Of a DNA stretch of 64,000 nucleotides, positions 48,324 through 56,464 are shown in pieces. Source of the DNA: a virus; IMG/VR virus record IMGVR_UViG_3300036766_001333, positions 1 to 64,000 of that record. One strand, written 5' to 3'. Under the pieces are notes generated by a model, which searched no databases, was not told the DNA's origin, and was given only the letters and a program-made list of their open reading frames with translations. Positions within the stretch are counted from its first letter, which is position 1. Every line of letters begins with the position of its first letter. A program made the position numbers and the translations under genes.

Positions 48324-49843
48324 TAAAATCTTACCTTTTTAGAAACAATAGTCATCGGAATTGGATTTCCGCATTTAGAAACAGATGCAGTCGAACAAAC
48401 AGGTTTTTTCTTGCCACTACAGCTACAACCTCCATTATTTTCTGGTTTAAAAGCTTTAAGATATTCTGGCTGTCCTGGAAGTTGATTGTTATTGAAACAT
48501 TTTGAAAAATGACTTCTTATCAAGTTACCATCATTTGTTAATTCAAATGGACTTAATTTATCAGGACGAATCATATCATGATGCTTAAGAAACTCAACGC
48601 AACAATGTGCATGTTCAATTAATTCTTCAATATCAGAAGATATAATACCAACACATTCTCCAGTTCCATTGAATTCATAAAATGTATCATTGGGAGCTTC
48701 TACATTCATCATGAAATGTGGCAATGGCAATAATTCCGTTTTCTTGTTACGCACTGCAATAACATTACTTTCTTCCATAATTTCATCTGAAGCTTCAATT
48801 GATGGTTGAAACAACATCCAATTCAAATCTATCATTGGTTTAACAGGCTCACGCAAAATACCTCTTTTAATAAACGCTTGATTCATTATGGAATTATAAG
48901 AATAATTATTGCCTTTGTCTACAACTAACATAGATTTTGCAATTGAATCATAAAACCTAATATTTGCAGGAGCCATTCTAAGACTTCTAAAAGTATATCT
49001 GGCCATCGTATCTCTTGCCTTAATTAAAGCAGCTTTAGGAGGTAAAGTTTGTTTTTCTACTTCGTATATGCCAACTAGAATGTCATACCATACCCCTGTA
49101 AAAACTCTACTAAAATTATGTGGCTCTGATGTTAATTGATCGTCTCTGCCTTGACGTGGTAAAGTTTCAGGCTGACTATAATTAAAATCATTAACTGCAT
49201 TCCTTAAAAACCCAGCAGAATAACCCATTCTACCTCCAGTCATATGATAAATAGCAGCACCCATTTCTTCGGCAAGACGAGTTGCAACATTAGGCTTACG
49301 CAAATCACCAGCAGTTTCTTGAATCATTGTGTCTAAAACAAGATCATGTTGAAGAAGGTTAATAATTGCATGAATGTCACCAAATGATTCATGAAATGCC
49401 CATATTTCCATAGCTTGCACATTGTATAAATCAGGACGTAAAGCATCTAATAAGGCATGACCTAATTCATGTGCCACAACATCTGTTGAATTTGAAGCAT
49501 AAACCATATTTTTAGTTACTGGATCGGTTGCATAAAAGAACTTTAAACCCATACGATCATAATAAGCATTTAATTGCTTGCCTGCCCTTGGCTCTACAAG
49601 CAAAGTTTGTACAGATGACCATTTCTCTACAGGTTTTAGTAAAGTTGCATTAATTAAATTAATAGCGTTAACTATAGTATTATAACAACATGCAGCTTGA
49701 TGTTCTAAAGAATAAAGAACAGTTGTAGCACCTCTATATCCATCTACTTTAAAATCTAATACGCCAGGTCTAGCTGGTAGTTGCACTTGTTCAACAAGAT
49801 TAGGAGTACTAGGATCATTAAGAATATAAGTTATGTCTGCCAT
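48323..49843 (-). CDS. gluzincin metalloprotease (M4 thermolysin / M36 fungalysin-like)
   Basis: NAYY, DVVAHELGH, FHESFGD, EPH. Confidence 0.85.
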   Translation of the reverse strand: MADITYILNDPSTPNLVEQVQLPARPGVLDFKVDGYRGATTVLYSLEHQAACCYNTIVNAINLINATLLKPVEKWSSVQTLLVEPRAGKQLNAYYDRMGLKFFYATDPVTKNMVYASNSTDVVAHELGHALLDALRPDLYNVQAMEIWAFHESFGDIHAIINLLQHDLVLDTMIQETAGDLRKPNVATRLAEEMGAAIYHMTGGRMGYSAGFLRNAVNDFNYSQPETLPRQGRDDQLTSEPHNFSRVFTGVWYDILVGIYEVEKQTLPPKAALIKARDTMARYTFRSLRMAPANIRFYDSIAKSMLVVDKGNNYSYNSIMNQAFIKRGILREPVKPMIDLNWMLFQPSIEASDEIMEESNVIAVRNKKTELLPLPHFMMNVEAPNDTFYEFNGTGECVGIISSDIEELIEHAHCCVEFLKHHDMIRPDKLSPFELTNDGNLIRSHFSKCFNNNQLPGQPEYLKAFKPENNGGCSCSGKKKPVCSTASVSKCGNPIPMTIVSKKVRF

Positions 49844-49863
49844 ATAACTATATATCCACATCT

Positions 49864-50400
49864 ATGTTTGAAGAAAAAGAAAAAATCATAAAAGAAAAAA
49901 GACTAGCTGAAGTCGTTGATAAAGACTTTTTAGGCTTAAGTGGCAAGTTCGGATGTATTCTTAGACATTTAGGGCATCCTGTTGTAGAACAAGGCAGTTC
50001 ATGGATTACAAACTCGCCTCCAATTGATGTATGGGCGATTCCAGGGGAAGAAGAAATACCAACTTTAGATAGATATGAATCAACAACAGAAGTAGGGAGA
50101 TTCTTTGATGGCTTACCTTATGGAATGCATTTAGAAATAAAATATACAGAAGAAGAAAAAACATTGACAGTATATTACAAAGGTTATATGGTGTATTGCG
50201 AAGAAGCAAGCGATCTTAAGTGTTTTGTTCCCCACAAAGAATGGGAAGAATTAATAGAAAGATTATATCGAATAGCAAAGAAAGAAGAACCACAATACAA
50301 GGAAGATGCAGCTTTAGAAAAGAAAATGGAAGATAAAAGGGATAAATTAAACTTCTTAGAAAAGCTTAAAAAAGAATGGGGATTTAATATATGGAGCTAA
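49864..50400 (+). CDS. hypothetical protein
   Basis: ORF track. Confidence 0.65.
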   Translation: MFEEKEKIIKEKRLAEVVDKDFLGLSGKFGCILRHLGHPVVEQGSSWITNSPPIDVWAIPGEEEIPTLDRYESTTEVGRFFDGLPYGMHLEIKYTEEEKTLTVYYKGYMVYCEEASDLKCFVPHKEWEELIERLYRIAKKEEPQYKEDAALEKKMEDKRDKLNFLEKLKKEWGFNIWS

Positions 50401-50669
50401 AAATTCTATTAAAAGAACTTGCAAAATATGGGGTTCCAGAAAGCGAAGTTCTTAAGCTTATTAAACCAAAAACTCCAAAATTCAAAGCTATTGTTAGATA
50501 TAATAGAGGATTAGGTCCAGAATTCACTAATCTTAATATAATAGAAGCAGAAAACTTAACTGAAGCCAATAGATTAGCAGTTGAAGAAGCAGAGCTTTTT
50601 TTCAAAACCAAAGAAGGATTTGAAAAAGCTGTAATTATAGAAATTAGATTACAGCATGTTAAGGAGTAA
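50391..50669 (+). CDS. hypothetical protein
   Basis: ORF track; overlaps upstream stop. Confidence 0.55.
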   Translation: MELKILLKELAKYGVPESEVLKLIKPKTPKFKAIVRYNRGLGPEFTNLNIIEAENLTEANRLAVEEAELFFKTKEGFEKAVIIEIRLQHVKE

Positions 50670-51483
50670 CCAAATCTAAACTTGTCAAAACGTAAGGTTC
50701 TTCAGTAATTTGATCTGGACTTGAGTTCATGCCCGTATAAACGTATTTAATCTTTTTAGCCAACCAACCTTCCATAGCTCCTGCTGGATATTCTATAATC
50801 TCCGTTATTCTTCCTGACATATCTAATGTCATTTTTCTAAAAGTAAAGACTTCAGAACGACCACGTAACATTTGCCAATCTTCTTGAGGAGATGTATAAT
50901 CAAATCCAGCATCAGTAATAATAGCTTGGTCAACAGCATCAGATGTATCCAATCCAATCAACATCCCAACGGAATCTGGAAACACAAACCGATTCGCTAT
51001 TGTATGTCTTGAAAAATATACTGGTAATTCAGCAACACCAGCTTTTTTATTAAATCTTAACTTTTCTTCTGCTCCTGGATTATCAATATAAACCCTAACC
51101 ATTGGTTTTGGACGACCAGCCTTAGATTTAATTAAAACGGTCGCAGGACCAGTCGAACGAAATCGAGTAACTTCAGCAACAAACATTTCAGAAAAAGTAA
51201 GATCAGCATTTAAAAGTGTAACTACTTCAAAAGCTGTTGTTGTTCCTGGAGAAGCACCGGCAACATTAACCGCTAATGCAGAATAATTCTTGAATTCAGT
51301 ATCATAAGCATAATTTAAAGTTAATGTGGTAACTACAGAAAAATCATATGGCTCAGTATTCCAAGCTACCATAGCGTTCTGATAGTTTTTACTTCCTGGG
51401 ACTATGAAGGTTAAAACGAACTTGTTATCGCCTAATATTAAAGTTCCTCTGAATTCTGAGTCAAATGGGTTCATGTAGAACAT
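50659..51483 (-). CDS. putative virion structural protein
   Basis: Beta-rich 274-aa ORF; AAGGT RBS; TAAATA box at 51549-51554. Confidence 0.55.
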   Translation of the reverse strand: MFYMNPFDSEFRGTLILGDNKFVLTFIVPGSKNYQNAMVAWNTEPYDFSVVTTLTLNYAYDTEFKNYSALAVNVAGASPGTTTAFEVVTLLNADLTFSEMFVAEVTRFRSTGPATVLIKSKAGRPKPMVRVYIDNPGAEEKLRFNKKAGVAELPVYFSRHTIANRFVFPDSVGMLIGLDTSDAVDQAIITDAGFDYTSPQEDWQMLRGRSEVFTFRKMTLDMSGRITEIIEYPAGAMEGWLAKKIKYVYTGMNSSPDQITEEPYVLTSLDLVTP

Positions 51484-51558
51484 AACATTACCTTTTCTAA
51501 CAAATTACGAATAAAATTACCATTCCATTTATAATCAACTTCAAATATTATTTAGCAA

Positions 51559-51855
51559 TCAAATACCAGTTTTTACTAATTCTAATAAATTAAATCTTTG
51601 TAACGTAGACCAGTTAGGACCAGGAACACGATGTTTATTTCTACCAAGCTGACTCCATCTTGCTATTCTGGCACGATTGTAGCTTTTAACAGGAGCTACG
51701 TCTAACTTTCTAGTAATACTACCTTCCCTTAATTCGTATCCAGTAACAAAGTCTTTGTTGGACTCAATAATTAATATGGTACGTCTTACAGGGTGGGAAT
51801 GATTTCCTTTGTAATAAAACTTAGCGATTGGCGAATTTTTAACTATATCATACAT
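51559..51855 (-). CDS. stand-alone WYL-like domain protein
   Basis: KFYYKG.....RR.I......VTGYELR.....KSY...RI resembles the WYL fold signature. Confidence 0.45.
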   Translation of the reverse strand: MYDIVKNSPIAKFYYKGNHSHPVRRTILIIESNKDFVTGYELREGSITRKLDVAPVKSYNRARIARWSQLGRNKHRVPGPNWSTLQRFNLLELVKTGI

Positions 51856-51865
51856 TCTAAACTCC

Positions 51866-52735
51866 TTAAACAGTAATTTTATATGATAAACAATACCAAG
51901 GTATGCAAGGACGTATTATATCCAATAAATTATAATAAGACCTGCCCGATAAAACAAGCACAAATTGATTTTTATTATACGTCTGCGGCTGTACATGGCT
52001 TTTTAACACAAAAGATGTATACAGTATATTTGACAAAAATTCTACCTCTCTTTTTGTAAACCCTTGAGTGCATAACGTACAATGCTTTTGTCTTTTTTGA
52101 GGACAATTACTCCCGTCATCTAAGAACCACATTGCCAATGTTTCAGGATTTATAGTGATATCTTTGGGAACTATTTTAATATATTTCTTGTCGCCAGGAA
52201 TATACCATTTTTGCCATAAATTTGTAAATATTGGATGTGTTATTGTATTTACTACATAACCAGATTTTTTTAAATTTCCCTTTTCGTGTGTAATTTTACC
52301 TTTTGTTAAATTTATGATTTTTGAACGGCGTTTAACCAAGTATACTTTACAATTTTTCGTATACGGTAGCAATTGATCGTGTAACCATCTGATCGGCTCT
52401 AAGTATTTTTGTTGCTTTTTAAATTTACTATCACTCCATTTCCCGTTAGGTTTTTCTAACCATGCATCGCCAAGCATAGAACCTAAAATTAAACTTTCTT
52501 GAAATGGAGTAAAAGATGGCAAGCTCAATTTATGAGTATTTTTATAATATCTTAGATCATTTAATTTCTTATAAAGTTCTTCAGGCCGAACTATATCTTT
52601 ATAAAATACTCCATTTAAAATTCTACTGACAGTTGCAGCACTTATTGAATATTTTACAGAAAGTTCAACTTGTGAATATCCATTTAAATAATCATAAATT
52701 AATTTTTTAGCTTCATTTCTTCCTATTTTTATCAT
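51866..52735 (-). CDS. LAGLIDADG homing endonuclease with N-terminal HTH
   Basis: GSMLGDA and LAMWFLDDG motifs. Confidence 0.85.
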   Translation of the reverse strand: MIKIGRNEAKKLIYDYLNGYSQVELSVKYSISAATVSRILNGVFYKDIVRPEELYKKLNDLRYYKNTHKLSLPSFTPFQESLILGSMLGDAWLEKPNGKWSDSKFKKQQKYLEPIRWLHDQLLPYTKNCKVYLVKRRSKIINLTKGKITHEKGNLKKSGYVVNTITHPIFTNLWQKWYIPGDKKYIKIVPKDITINPETLAMWFLDDGSNCPQKRQKHCTLCTQGFTKREVEFLSNILYTSFVLKSHVQPQTYNKNQFVLVLSGRSYYNLLDIIRPCIPWYCLSYKITV

Positions 52736-53300
52736 TTAATTCACAATAAATATTTGTGGCATAGCTAGGATTTCCTAAGAGTTTACTAGAAAATCTAGAA
52801 TCAGACAAGGGAACTTCAAAAAGTAAATTATTTTTTATAAAATTTGGCAAACTATTGGGATAGGCTTTAGACTCTGGCATTTCTATCTCGGCCATAGCAA
52901 AATAAGTCTTATTTGTATAATCTTTAAAATAATCAATTTCCCACAATTCATCAGAATTGTGAATTAAATATCGTATTTTATCTAATTTATTAAGGCAAAA
53001 TGGCCAAATATCATTAAAATCTCGTTTTCCTATTTTTTTCTCTATTTCTACCGTTCTTCCTCCTCCATTCACCGTAGTTTTAAAAGTCATATAAAAACTA
53101 ATTTTTTTATAATTCTTTACCTTTCTAAACCTTAAGGAAATGCCTCTTCCTGCCAGCAGATATCCTTGACTTATTAATAATTTAGCCTCTGCCATTCTTT
53201 TTATAGAAGATTCAGAGGCTAAATTTAATATAAATTTTAATTCATTTTCTGTGGGAATTTTAGGCTCCAGATTTAATAAGTTGTTTAAGATGATCGACAT
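52713..53300 (-). CDS. CYTH / triphosphate tunnel metalloenzyme
   Basis: ENELKF (ExExK), ISQGYL, LRFR, EIE, KIRY, WEIDYF, MAEIE. Confidence 0.85.
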   Translation of the reverse strand: MSIILNNLLNLEPKIPTENELKFILNLASESSIKRMAEAKLLISQGYLLAGRGISLRFRKVKNYKKISFYMTFKTTVNGGGRTVEIEKKIGKRDFNDIWPFCLNKLDKIRYLIHNSDELWEIDYFKDYTNKTYFAMAEIEMPESKAYPNSLPNFIKNNLLFEVPLSDSRFSSKLLGNPSYATNIYCELNDKNRKK

Positions 53301-53694
53301 CTTTTCTGCTTTTCATCAGTTGGTCTTCTAAAAAGATTTCAATCCACTTTCCATCAACGCCGCCAAGCAATGCTGCATCTGCCATCCTTTGAACATAATT
53401 TTTAGTAACTTCTTCTTCCATACTTAAAGCATATGATAAAATATCTGTAGGAAAAGTAAAATCGGTACGAAATTCTTTGACATCTGTACTTGGGATGCCG
53501 CCTAACCCTAAAATCAAATCCCCAAACTGCTGAACATGCTGCATTTCTCCTTGAGCTTCCTCCATTAGAAACTCTCTTAGTTCCTCTCGATGCAGTCCAT
53601 TTATAACAATTGCACTATATAAATAAAAGTGCATATGTTTATATTCGTTCCCTAAATCAGAATTCAAAAGATCAATCATTTTTTCTTTATTCAT
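53260..53694 (-). CDS. ferritin-like / bacterioferritin-like protein
   Basis: DL.NE....FY, EEAQGEMQH, LGG.P, E......Y, DVDH. Confidence 0.85.
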   Translation of the reverse strand: MNKEKMIDLLNSDLGNEYKHMHFYLYSAIVINGLHREELREFLMEEAQGEMQHVQQFGDLILGLGGIPSTDVKEFRTDFTFPTDILSYALSMEEEVTKNYVQRMADAALLGGVDGKWIEIFLEDQLMKSRKDVDHLKQLIKSGA

Positions 53695-53740
53695 TATTTC
53701 TCCAACTAAAGTAATATTAAATAACTAAATATAAAATAGT

Positions 53741-55528
53741 ATGGCAGATTCAATTTGGCGTGGTAAGTATAGTACTTTGAAAGAATATTATAAAAACGAA
53801 TATCCTGAGGAATATTTCGAATTAGATGCTTTCCAGCTAGAAGTTGATCCTGATGAAACTGTCGATGAGATGTCAGCATATGATGCCGACAAACAACGAC
53901 TTGAATACAGAAGGTGCATGGCAAGTTTCCCTTATTTTGCTACCAAGTATGTTAAAATTCTCCATCCAAAAAAAGGATTAGTACCCTTTATCCTTTATAA
54001 ATATCAAAAAAGAGTACTTGGTTTTTATGACAAACATAGGTTTAACATTATTTCCAAATTTAGACAAGGTGGATTAACCTCATTGACAGAACTATGGGGA
54101 TTATGGTTATGTTTATTTAAATTAGACCAGCAAATTCTATTCTCATCTAAAACTGATAGTGAAGCTATTACAGCCGGTGAAATAGTTAACACCGCAGAAA
54201 AATATATGCCAACTTGGATGAAACCTAATAAACAAGATGGAAAATGGAACGATCACCAAAAACACTTCCCAGAAACGGGCGGGAAAATGGTCTTCGGTAC
54301 GCCAGAACGTGCTAGAGGTCTTGCCATAACCTATCTAATTTTGGACGAAGCAGCATTTATTCCAGAAATGGAAAGACATTGGAAAAGCTTGTATCCAACA
54401 CTTTCTTTAGGTGGTAATTGTATTGTTATTTCCACCGTTAATGGTTTAGGTAACTGGTATGAAGAAACATTCCATGCTGCCCAAGCTGGTAAAAATAAGT
54501 TCCATGTTATAGAATTAGATTATTGGGAACATCCTGATTATAATGATCCTTTATGGGTCAAAGAACAAAAAGCACAATTACAAGAAAAAGGATGGCTTCA
54601 GGAAGTTTTACGAAAATTCTTGGGTTCAGGTAATACTTATATTCCTTCAGACAATTTAGAATCTTTACTGAAATCAACCAAAGAAAGAATTCCAAAAAAG
54701 AGATTGTATAGGCAGCTTACTAACAAGTTTATTACAAGTTCAGAAGAAGATGCTTGGGAAGCTGAAGGAGCGATGTGGGTTTGGCAAGAACCTTTAGATG
54801 GCCACGAATATATTATGGGCGTAGATTGTGCTGATGGTGGCGGCGATGAATGTGATAACAGTTGTTTCCAAATATTCGATATAAATACCTTAGAACAGGT
54901 TGCAGAGTTTTACAGCAATAAAGTTTTATCTCATAAGTTTGCAGAGCTTATTACTGCTGTAGGCGCAACTTATAATCATGCTCTTGTTGTAGTAGAAAAC
55001 AACGTAGGCGGAGCAGTTATTAATAACTTAGAACACAAATATTATTACGATAATTTATTTTATGATATTTCATCAAAAAGATCAAAAGTAGGCATTAAAT
55101 TAAGTTCAATTAATAGACCAGTAGTGTTAGAATCCCTTCAAAATAGAATTATTAATGGTTCTATAAAAATTAACAGCAAAAGATTAGTAAAAGAATTAAC
55201 TACATTTATTTATAATGGGGCAAAAGTACAAGCAATTAAAGGGAAACATGACGATGCTATTTTGGCTGCTGCTCTTGCAATGTATGTCAGAGATACTATT
55301 TTAAGAGATGTCCCTGTAGGCGCACAATTAACTAAGGAACAAGAGGCTCCATTAAAATCAGTATCCTATGAAGAAATTAAAAGAGAATTAATGGAATTAG
55401 TTAATGAAGAGATGGGAAAAGATAATTTCGACCCTCTTCAACTTACCGCTGAAGAGGAAACCTCTTTAGGAATGGCTTATTCTTTCCGAAGAAAAAATGA
55501 AAAAATACTCTCTGAGTTTGGATGGTAA
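53741..55528 (+). CDS. terL: terminase large subunit (T4 gp17-like)
   Basis: YQK, KFRQGGLTS (Walker A), LILDEAAF (Walker B), ISTVNG, MGVD, VVENN, HDD. Confidence 0.95.
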   Translation: MADSIWRGKYSTLKEYYKNEYPEEYFELDAFQLEVDPDETVDEMSAYDADKQRLEYRRCMASFPYFATKYVKILHPKKGLVPFILYKYQKRVLGFYDKHRFNIISKFRQGGLTSLTELWGLWLCLFKLDQQILFSSKTDSEAITAGEIVNTAEKYMPTWMKPNKQDGKWNDHQKHFPETGGKMVFGTPERARGLAITYLILDEAAFIPEMERHWKSLYPTLSLGGNCIVISTVNGLGNWYEETFHAAQAGKNKFHVIELDYWEHPDYNDPLWVKEQKAQLQEKGWLQEVLRKFLGSGNTYIPSDNLESLLKSTKERIPKKRLYRQLTNKFITSSEEDAWEAEGAMWVWQEPLDGHEYIMGVDCADGGGDECDNSCFQIFDINTLEQVAEFYSNKVLSHKFAELITAVGATYNHALVVVENNVGGAVINNLEHKYYYDNLFYDISSKRSKVGIKLSSINRPVVLESLQNRIINGSIKINSKRLVKELTTFIYNGAKVQAIKGKHDDAILAAALAMYVRDTILRDVPVGAQLTKEQEAPLKSVSYEEIKRELMELVNEEMGKDNFDPLQLTAEEETSLGMAYSFRRKNEKILSEFGW

Positions 55529-55857
55529 TGAAAAATAATACAAATCATTCTAAAGACTGTTTAATAAGAGCTTTAAATAACTTGCCTCAAGATTTTGCCC
55601 TGCAAGAAACTAGAATTTATATCAATAAGGCCATTCAAGCAATCCAAAAAGTAGAAGAAAAAAGAAACAAACATAATGAAGCAACAAAATCAACACCTCT
55701 ACAAAATTGGAACAACATGCTTAAAACCAGTTTATATAATGTTCAAACTCCAATAACTTCAAAAAGAACTCTTGATATTATCAATCAAATGCTTGAAGAA
55801 GAAAAAAATACATTAAAACAACTAGATGACCAAACGGATCAAACTTTATTGGATTAA
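55528..55857 (+). CDS. hypothetical protein
   Basis: TAATG coupling to terL. Confidence 0.6.
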   Translation: MKNNTNHSKDCLIRALNNLPQDFALQETRIYINKAIQAIQKVEEKRNKHNEATKSTPLQNWNNMLKTSLYNVQTPITSKRTLDIINQMLEEEKNTLKQLDDQTDQTLLD

Positions 55858-56424
55858 ATTATTGGCTTGCAAGTAAAACAGATGTCGCTCATATGATTCT
55901 TGAGCAGCATCTATTAAATCAGAAGTCACTAAGGGATTATATTTAGGAATGTAAAATGACTCTAACTTCAAATCATCTCTTAGACTTAAATAATCTTTAA
56001 TAACATGTAGCCCACGTCCCTCAGAAAGTGAGTTCCATGTTAAGCATAATCCATTAGTTAATTTAGCCATTTCACAGATTCTTCTAAGTCTATAAACATA
56101 ATACCTAAACATACTATCAGCGTCTTCTTTGTTTTTAACTATAGCATTTAAAGAAGATTTGGCATCTCTTAACACAAATATAAACTTAACAAATTTATAA
56201 ACCGATTTATTTGTCAGATAATAATTTTGTAAAAGATGGTCCATCCAAATAGCAGAAGAATCTCTTAGCTTATGCAAGTTGCCAGTAAGCGTTTCTAATT
56301 TAAAAGGATGATCGTATACAACATTAGGATGAAACCATTTAATTCTAGAATTTTTATCTAGAATGTTACATAATACATCACTTCCTGAACCTAGATGACT
56401 AACTATAAACAGTATTTTATACAT
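55846..56424 (-). CDS. sulfotransferase-like protein
   Basis: FIVSHLGSGSDVL..IL (5'-PSB-like loop) and KFIFVLRD (3'-PB motif). Confidence 0.55.
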   Translation of the reverse strand: MYKILFIVSHLGSGSDVLCNILDKNSRIKWFHPNVVYDHPFKLETLTGNLHKLRDSSAIWMDHLLQNYYLTNKSVYKFVKFIFVLRDAKSSLNAIVKNKEDADSMFRYYVYRLRRICEMAKLTNGLCLTWNSLSEGRGLHVIKDYLSLRDDLKLESFYIPKYNPLVTSDLIDAAQESYERHLFYLQANNLIQ

Positions 56425-56464
56425 GGTTAACTAATATATAATGAGTTAGAAAATAAGGATAATT

